From Snowella sp. (GTDB lineage Bacteria > Cyanobacteriota > Cyanobacteriia > Cyanobacteriales > Microcystaceae), in assembly GCA_035285545.1 (NCBI GenBank), contig JAYKGY010000104.1, positions 1-64,000 on the forward strand: a stretch of DNA of 64,000 bases. The letters are read 5' to 3'. A program made the position numbers and the translations under genes. Below, in pieces: positions 40,195 through 51,900 of the stretch; positions within the stretch are counted from its first letter, which is position 1, and every line of letters begins with the position of its first letter. The notes beneath the pieces are model-generated. The model made no database searches. It had not been told where the DNA came from and worked only from the letters and a program-made list of their open reading frames with translations.

Positions 40195-40842
40195 TCATGG
40201 TTCTGCATTTGCCCAATCCAAGCAATAGGATTCCCATTCCTGTAATGCTTGAAAATTGCCTACCTGCCAACCTCTTTCTAGGTAATGCGGCACGACTTCA
40301 GTTAACGGGATTGGGCCAAAAAATTGACTATAAAAAACGGAACGATAGTCATCACCTTCTAGGCAATAAATTGTCAGTTTACCCTGATCATAAATCCAGA
40401 TTTCTGGCACTTTGAGATAACGATAGGCAGTCAAGAGAGTTTTAGAAGTCACATCAATTTCAATGGCTAGATCAGGCGGTGGATCATCGGACAACAGGCG
40501 GCGACGACCAATCATCTGCTGATACTGAGTGATGTAAAAACAGGCATCGGGTTCTACTCCAGCTAGTCCTTCTTTTTTCAACGTAGTGGAGCCAAAAGGT
40601 TGATAGCCTTTCCCCTGGACTTTCAACAGCATTTTGACCATATCGGAGAGCAAGTCGTTAGTAATTTCGTGTTCTGGCAGGGGAGTCATTAAAGTTAGGC
40701 TTCCTTCTACAAATAAAACACGGGGAAAACGTCGATTTTGCCAGTCATGGAGTAAGTTCTCAAATTCAGTCCAACTGCAATCAGGTAGAGTAACGACGCT
40801 ACCAGGAGAAAGCTGGAGGTGATTAATCGGTGTGGTTAACAT
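40195..40842 (-). CDS. Uma2-family (PD-(D/E)xK) endonuclease
   Basis: EPDACFY, PPDLAIEID and Y...VPEIW motifs. Confidence 0.9.
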   Translation of the reverse strand: MLTTPINHLQLSPGSVVTLPDCSWTEFENLLHDWQNRRFPRVLFVEGSLTLMTPLPEHEITNDLLSDMVKMLLKVQGKGYQPFGSTTLKKEGLAGVEPDACFYITQYQQMIGRRRLLSDDPPPDLAIEIDVTSKTLLTAYRYLKVPEIWIYDQGKLTIYCLEGDDYRSVFYSQFFGPIPLTEVVPHYLERGWQVGNFQALQEWESYCLDWANAEP

Positions 40843-40895
40843 GCCTCTTTTCTCCTGTGTTAATCCCGAAAACTATTCTTCCTAAAATTATTCAA

Positions 40896-40968
40896 TGGAG
40901 CTAAGCGGACTCGAACCGCTGACCCCTGCAATGCCATTGCAGTGCTCTACCAACTGAGCTATAACCCC
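40896..40968 (-). tRNA. tRNA-Ala (anticodon GGC)
   Basis: Reverse complement GGGGTTATAGCTCAGTTGGTAGAGCACTGCAATGGCATTGCAGGGGTCAGCGGTTCGAGTCCGCTTAGCTCCA folds as a cloverleaf with the G3-U70 Ala identity pair. Confidence 0.97.
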
Positions 40969-41053
40969 GTGTAGTCCGTTATTGATTGTGTCCTATGGAA
41001 AGTCTGCTGTCAAGGTTTTAGTCAAAAAATCCTAACGACAATCCAGATGTAAA

Positions 41054-42001
41054 CTAGGAACCGACCTCCTGTTGGCTGTGGAAAATCATTTCTTTCTCGC
41101 TGTGCTTTGCTTCGGGGTTGAGATGGGGCAAAACAGGGAAAAAGGGCTGATGAATGCTAATGAGTTGAGCTAAGGTTCGCTTTAGTTGGGTACGGGGTAC
41201 GATCACATCCACAAAGCCGTGTTTGAGTAAATATTCCGAAGTTTGGAAGCCATCGGGTAATTTTTCCCGTAAGGTTTGTTCAATGACTCGTCGCCCAGCA
41301 AAACCAATGGTGGCTTTCGGTTCCGCAATAATAATGTCGCCCAACATGGCAAAACTAGCCGTTACGCCCCCTGTGGTGGGATGGGTCAGAACAGGAATAT
41401 ACAATAATTTTTCTTGGTGATGCCGTTCTAAAGCTCCCGAAATCTTAGCCATTTGCATGAGGCTCAGCATTCCTTCCTGCATCCGCGCCCCCCCAGACGC
41501 ACAGATAATAACGACGGGTAGACGTTCAGCGGTTCCGTATTCGATCAGACGGCAGAGTTTTTCTCCTACGACAGACCCCATACTGCCGCCCATAAAACGG
41601 AAGTCCATTACACCCAAGGCAACGGGTAAACCATCCAATAATCCTGTTCCAGTTTGTACCGCATCGGTGAGGTTGGTACTTTTTTGCATATCTTTGATGC
41701 GGTCTTTGTAGGCTTTGCGATCGCGGAATTTGAGGGGATCGGTCGGCTCTAGATGGGCATTAAGGGGCTGCCAGGTTTTAGCATCAATTAATTGACGAAT
41801 GCGTTCATCACTATCGACCCGCATGTGATGGCCACACTCGCCACAGACCAATTGGTTTGCTTGTAAATCTTTGGTATAGGTTAAAACCCCACAGGATGGA
41901 CACTTAGTCCACAATCCATCGGCAATTTCTCGTTCCTGCTGCTGCTGGACGACGGGGGGTTCCGCTTTTTCTCTGTTAGCAAACCAATCAAATAAAGACA
42001 T
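41054..42001 (-). CDS. accD: Acetyl-CoA carboxylase carboxyltransferase beta subunit
   Basis: Zinc finger [29 protein letters not shown] and [10 protein letters not shown] motifs. Confidence 0.97.
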   Translation of the reverse strand: MSLFDWFANREKAEPPVVQQQQEREIADGLWTKCPSCGVLTYTKDLQANQLVCGECGHHMRVDSDERIRQLIDAKTWQPLNAHLEPTDPLKFRDRKAYKDRIKDMQKSTNLTDAVQTGTGLLDGLPVALGVMDFRFMGGSMGSVVGEKLCRLIEYGTAERLPVVIICASGGARMQEGMLSLMQMAKISGALERHHQEKLLYIPVLTHPTTGGVTASFAMLGDIIIAEPKATIGFAGRRVIEQTLREKLPDGFQTSEYLLKHGFVDVIVPRTQLKRTLAQLISIHQPFFPVLPHLNPEAKHSEKEMIFHSQQEVGS

Positions 42002-42062
42002 AAGTTCTCGAATTTATCGGCTTTTGGGCCATTAAGGTAATATTAAAAACAAAATTTAGGAA

Positions 42063-42299
42063 TTATAGGCTATTTTCTTCCGGTGAACTCAGGAGGAGTC
42101 GGGCTGTCCATTGGTCTTGCGATCGCACTTGTAAGGCGGCGGGACTCCCTTGACCCCAATAACCCCCTAAACCGATATCTAGCACGCGGCTAGAAATATC
42201 GTAGGCATCAAGAATTTGTTGCATGAATTCTGCTTCCCAACGCGCATTGGTGGTTCTGATGGTAATCCAAGAAACTACGTTTATTTTATCAGGAGTCAT
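42063..42299 (-). CDS. Small hypothetical protein (DUF2007-like)
   Basis: 78 aa; RWEAE.M..IL....I...G....L.V pattern; co-oriented with accD. Confidence 0.65.
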   Translation of the reverse strand: MTPDKINVVSWITIRTTNARWEAEFMQQILDAYDISSRVLDIGLGGYWGQGSPAALQVRSQDQWTARLLLSSPEENSL

Positions 42300-42490
42300 C
42301 CCGCTTTCATTTCTCCTTCAAGGGAATTAAGGCGATCGCGCTTCCAAAAAGTTAGAAGTTTTCGTAAAGGAGGGGAAAACTTGTCCATATTTAACGCCAT
42401 ATTCAAAAAATCAAGAAAAATTGTAAGAAGATTATAAAATAAATATAATTTTAATAGTTAGAGCTTATTGATTCAATCTTCAGAAAAACA

Positions 42491-43225
42491 ATGAATGCCG
42501 TAACAATATCTCCGCCGATTGATTCTAACCATCAACCATTATTAGCGGCAACGGAATGGGAATTGATGCCTGAGCCAAATATTGATGAGCTAATCATTGA
42601 GGATGATCAATTAGTGGATAATCTGATTTCAGAAAAACAACAACGGCTATTAACCTCTTCTGCCTATAGTTCACTGAATTTAGAGATTCCTTTTTTAGTA
42701 ACTGCCAATATTGGGTTATTTTATGCCAATCAAAAACCCCCTTTAGTGCCTGATGTCATGTTAAGTTTAAGGGTAAAATGTCCTGAAGATTGGAGCCAAA
42801 AGAAAAATCGTTCTTATTTTATTTGGAATTTTGGAAAAGCCCCTGAAGTGGCCATTGCAATTGTTTCTAATCAGATCGGCAATGAATTAGGTAGTAAACT
42901 CAATAATTATCTTGATGCTGGCGTTGGCTATTATGTCGTATTTGATCCGTTAAAATGTTTGGGAGAAAATATTTTACAAGTTTATCAAAGAAAAATTACG
43001 AGTTATCAGTTACAGGAAAATTATTGGTTAGATGAAATTAATTTGGGGTTAACGTTATGGTCAGGAGAATTTGAAGGACAATTTTATGATCGCTGGTTAA
43101 GGTGGTGCGACCAATCGGGTAATATTTTATTAACTGGGGATGAAAAGTTTAAGTTGGAAAAGCAACGAGCAGACCGCTTAGCTGAACGATTAAAGGAACA
43201 GGGCATTGATCCTAATCGCATTTAA
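42491..43225 (+). CDS. Uma2-family endonuclease with coiled-coil tail (catalytic Glu apparently replaced)
   Basis: VDN..SEKQQRLL, VPDV, Y.VFDP, WLRWCD and EKQRADRLAERL motifs. Confidence 0.85.
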   Translation: MNAVTISPPIDSNHQPLLAATEWELMPEPNIDELIIEDDQLVDNLISEKQQRLLTSSAYSSLNLEIPFLVTANIGLFYANQKPPLVPDVMLSLRVKCPEDWSQKKNRSYFIWNFGKAPEVAIAIVSNQIGNELGSKLNNYLDAGVGYYVVFDPLKCLGENILQVYQRKITSYQLQENYWLDEINLGLTLWSGEFEGQFYDRWLRWCDQSGNILLTGDEKFKLEKQRADRLAERLKEQGIDPNRI

Positions 43226-43387
43226 TTTAGACTAAAAATATATCGATCCATCTTACGGTAGCGTTGGCTTTGCACAGGGCAAAAAGGAAAAAAGCGCAAA
43301 GCAATCAAATTATGGTTAATGAAAATCTATTTTACGGTTTGTTAAAGTTGGCTTACTGATCAACCTCTTAAATGTTTTCTGTAAAAA

Positions 43388-43900
43388 TTAACCTGGGCTA
43401 ATGAGGCGATCGCTATCTAATAAAAACACTGTAAAGGATTGATCTTTATTAGTAATAATCATAACGTGACTGGCCATATTGAGCGTATCACTGTGTCGAT
43501 AGGAATCTGGTAATACACGCACTTGGGATAGGGGAACATCAAATAAACTCGGCGTTTCATTGATTAAAATGCCAAAGGATTCATTCGCGCTATTTCTCGC
43601 CAAAATCAAAAATTGTTTTGATTGGGAACTCTGGGGTTGTTTAACCTTAAATAAACGCTGATAGAGATCTACTACCGTGACGGAGCGGTCTTGCAGATGA
43701 ATAATGCCCGATGCGGTTGTACCACTGCCATGAATCGGGGTGTAACTTAAAATCCTTTCCACAATGGGAACAGCTAGGGCGAGATTGAGCTTCCCGACGG
43801 TAAACACCAAAAATTTTTCAGTCTGACCGAGAGTGGCTTGCTCAGGCAGACTACCCAGATTATTGGGATCAAGAACGGAAAAAGGGGCAGGTTGATTCAT
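43388..43900 (-). CDS. CheW-domain protein (last gene of pix operon)
   Basis: FLVF.VG...LAL, G...L....VTVVDL; follows the CheA-like gene. Confidence 0.85.
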   Translation of the reverse strand: MNQPAPFSVLDPNNLGSLPEQATLGQTEKFLVFTVGKLNLALAVPIVERILSYTPIHGSGTTASGIIHLQDRSVTVVDLYQRLFKVKQPQSSQSKQFLILARNSANESFGILINETPSLFDVPLSQVRVLPDSYRHSDTLNMASHVMIITNKDQSFTVFLLDSDRLISPG

Positions 43901-43909
43901 AGGAAGTTA

Positions 43910-46900
43910 CTAAACTTGAGCAGGTTCAGGACTGAGTAATTTCTTGATATCTAAAAGGAACTGTTGTTCGATATAGGGCTTGGTGAAGTAGGCACTCGCC
44001 CCCAGGTGCATGGCCAATTGACGGTGTTTTTCGCTGCCCCGTGAAGTGAGCATGGCGACAGGAATTTTCATCATGTCGGGATTGCGACGGCGTTGACCCA
44101 AAAACTCAAACCCATTGAGGTTCGGCATTTCTACGTCACAAATAACAAGTTGAATGCCTGTCGTTTGGTTGAGGGTTTCCAAAGCATCCTGTCCGTCTTT
44201 GGCTTGGAGAACACGATAGCCAGTTTTTTCGAGACTTAGGGCTAAAGTACGACGTAAAGCCGCAGAATCGTCCACCACCAGAATCGTCGGCGGTTGCATT
44301 GCATCCAGATAGGAAGTATCGCCCTCTTCACTTTGCTCCATTGCCAGTCCTGCCATGAGGGCCTCGCCTTTGTCCCAATACCATTCCAGCAACATACCAC
44401 CATTGATAACGGGAATCAGGGTTCCATCCCCCAAAATCGTACAACCGTATAAATAATCGGGAAACGCGATCGCCGCTCCAAAGGGTTTAATAACTAGCTC
44501 TTGTTCTGTAACCAGACGAGTCACTTCTAACGCATAGTAGTGATTGCCTCGCCGTAACAAGATGAGGGGTAAACTCCAATCTTCAGGATGGGGCACAGTG
44601 GTTAACGCCTTACTATTAACCCGTTCCGTGAGGGTCATGTTGTAAGGCAACAGTTGATTGAGCGGATAAATGGGAACCATCTGTTGTTGCCAAATCAAGA
44701 AACGTTGGCCACCAGAGGTTTTAACCTGATCCGCCATTGGAACCAGTAATTCCGCCACGCTATCGGATGGTAAGGCAATGACCGTATTCGTCCGTTGACT
44801 GTCCTGGCTCACCAGACAAACTAACAGTTTCGCGATCGTTAGGGTTAAGGGTAAGCGGAGAATAAACGTCGTTCCTTTCCCAGGACGAGACGCAACGGAA
44901 ACATTACCTTTGAGGGATTGGATTTGTTGCCGTACCACATCTAAGCCCACGCCCCGACCTGAGAGTTCACTGACTTTATCCGCCGTTGAAAAACCTGGTT
45001 CAAAGATTAAATTATAAATTTGCTCAGGAACCATCCGTTGGGCCTGTTCTTGGGTAATTAGCCCCGATTGAACCGCTTGATGGCTAATTTTTTCCAGCTT
45101 TAAGCCGCCGCCATCGTCTTGAATTTCGATAATGGTTTGGTTTCCTTGATGGTAAGCATGAATTTCAATGGTTCCGGTTTCGGGTTTCCCTTGACTGCGG
45201 CGGGTTTCTGGGGACTCGATGCCATGATCAAAGGCATTTCGTAACAGATGAAGTAAGGGATCGTAGAGTTTTTCGAGGGCTAATTTATCGACTAATACCG
45301 CCGTTCCCTGTAACTTCAATTGCACAGGTTTGTGGTACTTGGTGGATAAATCCCGCAGAACACGAGGGAAACGGTTTAAGACTTCACCCAGGGGCAACAT
45401 TCTCGCCCACATCAATTCATCCCGTAAGGAGAAGAGCATTTGGCGTTGTGCTTCTAGCCCTTGGTCGGTGGCTCTGGCAAACAGCACAATATCATCCACT
45501 GCTTCTTCTAATTGCATCATTTCTTCGAGGATGTCCTGCAACTGACCCGATAAGGCTCCATAGGAATCCATTTCCAGCGCATCAAAGGCATTAGAAATCC
45601 AAGCGGCTTGTTCTCGACGTTCGGGCATGATCACCAGTTGATCGGCTAGTTCTCGCAATTTACTGGTCATGCCTTGGAAACGGCTAAAGCGAGATAGCAA
45701 AGAACGAACCGATCCTTGTAATTGCTCATTTTGGAGCGATAAACTGTTGCGATTGATGGCGAGTTCACTAACCCAGTTATTCATCCGCTCTAAACGGTAG
45801 AAATCAACCCGAATAGAGAGGTTAGTTGGGACAGCAGTGGATGGTTTGGCCGCAGGTGCGATGGGTTCTGCTTTTTCGACTTTTTCGGGTTTAATAGGCG
45901 GCTCAACGGTTTCAGCAATGGGAGGCGTAGGGGCTGTTTGACCGTTAATAGCAGGTAAGCCATTAGGAGCTGCCTGAATGTCTAGGGTCGGTAATTGGGC
46001 AAAGGCTTGTTCAACGGATTGCACCATATCAGCGATCGCCGCTTCATCAATACTGGGGACTTCCGCAATTTCAGCCAGAACACTTTCATCAATGACTGCC
46101 GAATCGGGAATTAAGCCGCCAAAGACTTCATCTAAAGAAGGGCTAACGGTTGGTGTTTCAACACTTTCAACGGTTTCCGCTGTCGTTTCTGTGGGAATTT
46201 CAGTTTCAGCAACCCTGGGTAATTCACTGAGTTCGGGGAAAGCAATTTCGGTTAAGTCTAAACCTGCACCAAAGACATCATCTAAAGAAGCCGCAATGGG
46301 TTCTGCGTTTTCCGTTGTAGTGAGTTCAGGCGTTTCAACCGCTATTTCAGGAACTTCTTCCTCATCCTCATCTCCGCCAAACAGATCGCTTAAGGAGAAT
46401 TTCGGCTGTTCATCTACTTCAATGGCAACTTTTTCTTCTTCTACCGTCAGCGCAATCAAGGATTCTGAGGGCGTTCCCCCTTGGACGCGATCGCCGTTTC
46501 TCAGGACTTGATCACAGCCATTTTGCCAATCACTCAAGGCTAATTGGGCAATGAGGGGAGCTTGATCAGGGTTCAGTTCTAATGCCCGTTGGGTTGTAGT
46601 GGTAATCGCTTTAAAGCCCGATAGATTGAGGAGTTCTGATAAACCCAGAAAAACTTCTGTTTGGGCTTCGAGGGTTTCTTGAATTTGGGTCGGGTTATTG
46701 GTAGCGATCGCGGCGGCGAGTTGTTGCAATCCTTGGGTAATATCGACTTCAAAGATAGAAGAAACAATATCCACCCCTAAATCGGCAGAACTGGGTAAGT
46801 ATTGATCCCCTTCGGCAATATGTTCCCCTAAGAGACTTTCCAGTAATTCCAAAACGGGTTGGGCTTTAGCAAGAATGGCTTTTCCGTCAAAATAGCCTTC

Positions 46901-48241
46901 GGAAAGTTGCTGTAATAGGGCTTCTTTTAAGCAGTCGTAACCTTGGAGTAATAAACTTTCGATATCTTCCGTAACGGCAACGGATTCATTGTAAAAAGCC
47001 TTGAAAATATCCTCTAACCGATGGGAGAGGGTTTTAATGGTCATTAAGCCCACACTGGCCGAGCCACCTTTGAGGGAATGGGCCGCCCGCATAATTTCAT
47101 GGACTTTGGCGGAACTGCGCTCTGTTCTCAGGGTTAAGAGTCCTGATTCGATAATTTGCAGTAATTCGGGTGCTTCTTCAATAAAGAATTGGTAACTGGG
47201 ATCATTGGGATCAACCGCTTCATCGGGTTCACTTTCAATTTCTGCCGATGGGATTGGGGTTACACTCGCCGCAGGAATGGCTTCAGACCAATCTAAGTTA
47301 GTTTCCTCTAAAGGTGGGAAAGCATCAAGCCCGCTAAAGACATCGTTTTCTAAAGTTGGTAACGGCTCACCAAAGCTAAAATCTTCAAAGGCATTACCGT
47401 TTAAGGGTTCTAAGCTATCAAAGGGATCGCCTAAATTGCCATTTGTGGTGATTGATCCTTGAACTAAGGCTAATAGGGCTTCTGAAGGGGTTCCGCCTTG
47501 AGCGCGATCGCCGTTTTGTAACACTTTTTCACAACTGCCACGCCAATCCTGTAGAGCTAGTTGGGCGATTTCTACCGCTTGTTCGGGGTGGTGTTGGAGA
47601 GCCTGTTGAACCGTATCCGTAATGGTTTTAAAGCCAGGTAGATTTAATAATTCGGCTAATCCGGCAAAAACTTCGGTTTGGGCCTGTAGGGTATCGGTAA
47701 TTAACCCTGAATCCCCCGACTCTAGGGCCGATGCGATTTGCTCTACGCCTTGGGTAATATCCACTTCAAAAATCGAAGCGACAATATCGACCCCTAAATC
47801 CGCCGAACTGGGAATGTATTGATCCCCCTCTGCTAAGCGATCGCCTAATAAAAATTCAATGGCTTCTAGGATCGGTTGGGCCCGACTCATGGCTGCCACT
47901 TCATCGAACTGCCCCTCGGTAATCTGCGTCATCAAAGAATCCTTGAGGCAGTCGTAGGCCTGCAAGAGCAAACTTTCCATGTCCTCATCCAGGGGCACGG
48001 CTTCGTTATAAAAGGCCTTGAAAATATCCTCTAGGCGATGGGATAGATCCTTAATGGTTGGCAATTCCACACTCGCGGCTCCCCCTTTAATCGAGTGAGC
48101 AGCCCGCATGATTTCGTGAACCTTGGCCGAAGTGCGATCGGCTCGCAACGTGAGCAGCCCGTTTTCAATAATCTGAAGTAATTCGGGGGCTTCTTCAATA
48201 AAGAATTGGTAAGCGTGATCGCGGATATCGGGATTCATCAT
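43910..48241 (-). CDS. pixL: CheA-like hybrid kinase (2 Hpt, HATPase, CheW, receiver)
   Basis: Two MRAAHS(I/L)KGG Hpt motifs, HLLRNAFDHGIE, SGRGVGLDVV and a C-terminal receiver; operon context. Confidence 0.88.
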   Translation of the reverse strand: MMNPDIRDHAYQFFIEEAPELLQIIENGLLTLRADRTSAKVHEIMRAAHSIKGGAASVELPTIKDLSHRLEDIFKAFYNEAVPLDEDMESLLLQAYDCLKDSLMTQITEGQFDEVAAMSRAQPILEAIEFLLGDRLAEGDQYIPSSADLGVDIVASIFEVDITQGVEQIASALESGDSGLITDTLQAQTEVFAGLAELLNLPGFKTITDTVQQALQHHPEQAVEIAQLALQDWRGSCEKVLQNGDRAQGGTPSEALLALVQGSITTNGNLGDPFDSLEPLNGNAFEDFSFGEPLPTLENDVFSGLDAFPPLEETNLDWSEAIPAASVTPIPSAEIESEPDEAVDPNDPSYQFFIEEAPELLQIIESGLLTLRTERSSAKVHEIMRAAHSLKGGSASVGLMTIKTLSHRLEDIFKAFYNESVAVTEDIESLLLQGYDCLKEALLQQLSEGYFDGKAILAKAQPVLELLESLLGEHIAEGDQYLPSSADLGVDIVSSIFEVDITQGLQQLAAAIATNNPTQIQETLEAQTEVFLGLSELLNLSGFKAITTTTQRALELNPDQAPLIAQLALSDWQNGCDQVLRNGDRVQGGTPSESLIALTVEEEKVAIEVDEQPKFSLSDLFGGDEDEEEVPEIAVETPELTTTENAEPIAASLDDVFGAGLDLTEIAFPELSELPRVAETEIPTETTAETVESVETPTVSPSLDEVFGGLIPDSAVIDESVLAEIAEVPSIDEAAIADMVQSVEQAFAQLPTLDIQAAPNGLPAINGQTAPTPPIAETVEPPIKPEKVEKAEPIAPAAKPSTAVPTNLSIRVDFYRLERMNNWVSELAINRNSLSLQNEQLQGSVRSLLSRFSRFQGMTSKLRELADQLVIMPERREQAAWISNAFDALEMDSYGALSGQLQDILEEMMQLEEAVDDIVLFARATDQGLEAQRQMLFSLRDELMWARMLPLGEVLNRFPRVLRDLSTKYHKPVQLKLQGTAVLVDKLALEKLYDPLLHLLRNAFDHGIESPETRRSQGKPETGTIEIHAYHQGNQTIIEIQDDGGGLKLEKISHQAVQSGLITQEQAQRMVPEQIYNLIFEPGFSTADKVSELSGRGVGLDVVRQQIQSLKGNVSVASRPGKGTTFILRLPLTLTIAKLLVCLVSQDSQRTNTVIALPSDSVAELLVPMADQVKTSGGQRFLIWQQQMVPIYPLNQLLPYNMTLTERVNSKALTTVPHPEDWSLPLILLRRGNHYYALEVTRLVTEQELVIKPFGAAIAFPDYLYGCTILGDGTLIPVINGGMLLEWYWDKGEALMAGLAMEQSEEGDTSYLDAMQPPTILVVDDSAALRRTLALSLEKTGYRVLQAKDGQDALETLNQTTGIQLVICDVEMPNLNGFEFLGQRRRNPDMMKIPVAMLTSRGSEKHRQLAMHLGASAYFTKPYIEQQFLLDIKKLLSPEPAQV

Positions 48242-48269
48242 AACGGTAGGGAAGGGGGTTCACGATGGA

Positions 48270-48923
48270 TCAAAAACTGGTCAATTCTTGCTGGAGGAGT
48301 TGGGCCAATTGGGTTTGTTGGCCGGCAGTTTCAGCAATTTTTTGAACAACAGACGGAAGTTGGAGACTGGATTGAACGGCTTCTTGCCAATGCTCACGGG
48401 ATTTTTCTAGGGTGTGGCTTTCTTGGTTGAGTTGCTGTTTTCCTTTGGTCAAGGTTTCTGCCACATCACGGGCTTCTGCCTGAATACTGACCACTAACGC
48501 CTCAATAGAAGCTGTTGCTTCAGCGGATTGGGCCGCCAGGGTTCGGACTTCTTCGGCAATGACCGCAAAACCTCGACCGCCTTCTCCTGCCCGTGCTGCT
48601 TCAATGGAAGCTTTTAACGCCAATAGGTGGGTTTGGGCCGCAAATTGACGGATTAGGGTTACCACCTGAGCAATCTGTTTGGTGGAGTTATCGAGCCGTT
48701 CGATTTGTCCTGTTGTGGCATTGACAGTTTCTCGAATGGCTTTCATCCCATCCAATTGCTCGGTTAGGGTTTTTTCTCCTTCTACGATCGCCTGTTGGGT
48801 GGTCTCGGCAATGGAAACCGCGATCGCGGCTTGATTCATCAGACGCTCATTTTGAGTGAGCAGGACATTGATGCTGGATAAATTGGAAAGGGAGGGAGCG
48901 GTCGAACTAAGGGGAGGGTTCAT
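48270..48923 (-). CDS. Short soluble MCP signalling-domain protein in the pixJ2 position
   Basis: [31 protein letters not shown] hairpin; no TM or sensor domain; 217 aa. Confidence 0.8.
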   Translation of the reverse strand: MNPPLSSTAPSLSNLSSINVLLTQNERLMNQAAIAVSIAETTQQAIVEGEKTLTEQLDGMKAIRETVNATTGQIERLDNSTKQIAQVVTLIRQFAAQTHLLALKASIEAARAGEGGRGFAVIAEEVRTLAAQSAEATASIEALVVSIQAEARDVAETLTKGKQQLNQESHTLEKSREHWQEAVQSSLQLPSVVQKIAETAGQQTQLAQLLQQELTSF

Positions 48924-48956
48924 AAAGCAAGCTCAACAAGAAAACGGTAAAGAGGA

Positions 48957-51900
48957 TTATTCAACTTTGAACTGACGGACACTATCTTGCAGGGATTGGG
49001 CAACAGCCAGTAATTCTTTAAAGGCATTGGATACCTGTACTGCTTCGGACGAGGTTTTATCGGAAATCGCCGCCACCTGGGCCATGGTTTGGGTAACCGA
49101 TTGGCTAGTTTGGGATTGCTCCACTGCTGCCGCTGCGATCGCGCCAACCAGTTCACTAATTTGGGCACTGGCTGCCGTAATCTGGTTCAAACTCTTACGG
49201 GTTTCGTCCACCAGTTTCGTCCCTGTCACAACCTGCTCTGTCCCGGCTTCCATTGCGGCGACTACCTCGTTGGTTTCTGCTTGGATACTGGCAACGAGAT
49301 CCCCGATTTCTGCCGTTGCTTCCGCTGACTGACGAGCTAGGGAACGAACCTCATCTGCAACCACCGCAAAGCCTCGACCTTCTTCCCCTGCGTGGGCAGC
49401 CTCAATCGCCGCGTTTAATGCCAGTAGGTTGGTTTGGTCAGCAAAACTACCGATCAGGTTCACGACTTTAGAAATCTTTTGGGACGATTCCCCTAAGCGT
49501 TTGACCTTTTTGGCGGTGGCAGCTACCGTTTCCCGAATGGCTAAAATCCCATCTACGGTACGGTTCATGGCATCCTCTCCCATATCTACGGTTTGGGTTG
49601 CCTGTTGTACTGCCGTTTCTGCGAGTTCTGCGTTGGCGGCTACCGCCTGAATGGATTGGGTCATGGATTGCAGTCGCTCTAGGGCCTGGGCAATATCATC
49701 GGCTTGCCGTTCTGCTTCCTGGGAGAGGGTACGGACTGCCGTTTCATTGGTATTCGTGGTATCCGCAAATTGGGTGGTTGCTTTTTGTACGTCCGTTACA
49801 ATGCGTCGGAGGTTTTCAATGGTGGCGTTATAAGAGTCGGCGATCGTCCCAATTTCGTCTTCGGTAACATGGGCCCGAATCGTTAAGTCCCCTCGGCTCA
49901 CGGGGTCTACCTCCATCAGCAGTTCAAACGCCCGTTTTTGTAATTTTTCTTTTTCTTGCCGTTGCTCAATTTCCCCTAACCGTTGTTGTTCAATTAAGGT
50001 TGCCCGCTCTAGTGCTAAGCCCACTTGGGTAGCGAGTTGCCCAAAAAAGTCGATTTCTCCCTGTTCCCAATTGCGGGGAGCAGCGCATTGGTGAGCAATT
50101 AATAACCCTAATAATTCATCATTACGGATAATGGGAGCAACGAGATTGGCTTTGACTCCAAAGGGCTTTAATTGTCCTAAATGACAGGGGGTTAATCCGG
50201 CTTCTTCAATATTGGGGGTAGCCTGAATGCGACCTTTACGGTATTTATTGACATAGTTTTGGGCAAAACAAGGGTCGTTGATTTGTGCCCCTAAAGCAAT
50301 GGGAAAGCCTTCGCCAACGGATTCAGCAATAATGGTTCCCGCCCAAGTTTCATCAAATCGGTAGACAATCACCCGATCCGCTCTTAAACCCCGACGAATT
50401 TCGTTAACAGCGACATCAAAAACCCCTTCTGTGTTTAGTTCTGCCGAAATTTTTAGGGTAATTTCCTTGAGGATTTGGGCCAATTTAGCCGCATCCCGCC
50501 GCTCCTGTAGGAGAGAAACACGCTCTAATAGGGTCTGGAGTTGTTCGGCTAATTGTTGTAAAAACTGCCGTTCTTGATCTTGCCAACGATAGCTTTGATC
50601 GCAATGGTGGGCGGTGAGTAGGCCAATCAGTTCATTTTGACGCAGTAAAGGCACACTGAGACTGGCTCGGACTTGGTAATGGAACAGCCATTGGTAGTGA
50701 ACCGACCCTAAATTCGCGCTGGAAACGTCATTAATGATGCTAATTTGCTGGGAAGCATCACGATTGAACAACGGATGGGGCTGATTATCTGTAAGAACGC
50801 GGGGATAGTTGGGGACTACGGCTTCATGGACAGTGGTATTGCCCTGATGGGGGGCACCGTGATAAAAAACTAATCGGTCTAAACCTAAAAGGGTTTGGGC
50901 TTGTTCCAAGGTTCTTTGAATGATGCCGGACAGAGCGGTTTGATCGGGAATATTACCACTGGCAATTTCGGTAAGCAGTTGGGATTGTTGTAAGGAGAGG
51001 GCTTTTTCTTGACGGAGGGCTTGAACCTGTTGACTCAAGGCCGCGATCGCGGCTTCGGCTTTGGCAATTTCATCGTTACCTTGGTAGGACAAGGGCAGAT
51101 CTAAGCTTTCTTGACTAACGGTAGTGATCCGCTGACCGAGGCGGCGCAGGCTCCCACTGGATTGGCCTGCAATAACATAGGCAATAGCTCCCACAATGCC
51201 AGCAGTAGCAATAATGCCTAACCACAGATTCTGTTGTAATTTATCCTTAATTTGGGTGGAAACTTCCGTGACTGGCCCTGAAGCCTTCTGATCTAAGGTA
51301 GAAGCAATTTGGCTATAGTTAATGCCGCCTAGCACAGCCACAGGAATGACGCTGGCTAACAACGCTAATAAGATTGCCTTGGGACGAATACCTAAGCCCC
51401 CTCCTGTTGGGGGGGGAGTGTCCATTGAGGGGGAAGATGGGGCCGTATAGGTAAGGGGTTTGGGCGCAGGGGTTTTGGGAGGTGCGATCGCTGGAGAAAA
51501 GGACGGGATCGACAATTCGGGGACATTAGGGGGTTCCGCAGGAGGTGTAAAAGTCGGCAGTTGTAGGGGTTCGGGTTGAATCACTTCTTCAACCGGCGCG
51601 ATCGCTTCAGGTTCAGCAGAGGTTTCTTCCCGAAGGGCAATCGGTTCTTGCCGCTGAGGTTGGGCTTCAGGAACAGGAGAAGGTGCAGCTAATTCAGGAA
51701 GACTCTCTGGGGCGGGGTTGTGAGTCTGGAGGATTTCTGAAGCGAGATCGGGGATTGATAGGTTATCGGGTTGGGCTTCTACCGAGAATGGCTCTGAGGA
51801 AAAAAGCGCGTCTCCAAATAGGGCTTCTTGAGCATTCCCGTCGCTATTTGTCTCATTAAATAGCAAGTCGGGGGGGATTTCGTCAATACTAGCCGTCTCA

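Noticed and set aside
40195..40968. Uma2 gene as an island inserted at the tRNA-Ala 3' end
   Set aside because: No att duplication or integrase was seen, and Uma2 genes are widely scattered in cyanobacteria
45978..46511. 177-aa plus-strand ORF and the other short ORFs overlapping long genes (e.g. 49027-49886, 30765-31279, 60684-63309)
   Set aside because: These are antisense or alternate-frame shadows of well-supported genes with no recognisable motifs
46455..48215. Internal DNA-level duplication in the CheA-like gene
   Set aside because: Explained by the two Hpt domains, an architecture already known for PixL-type kinases
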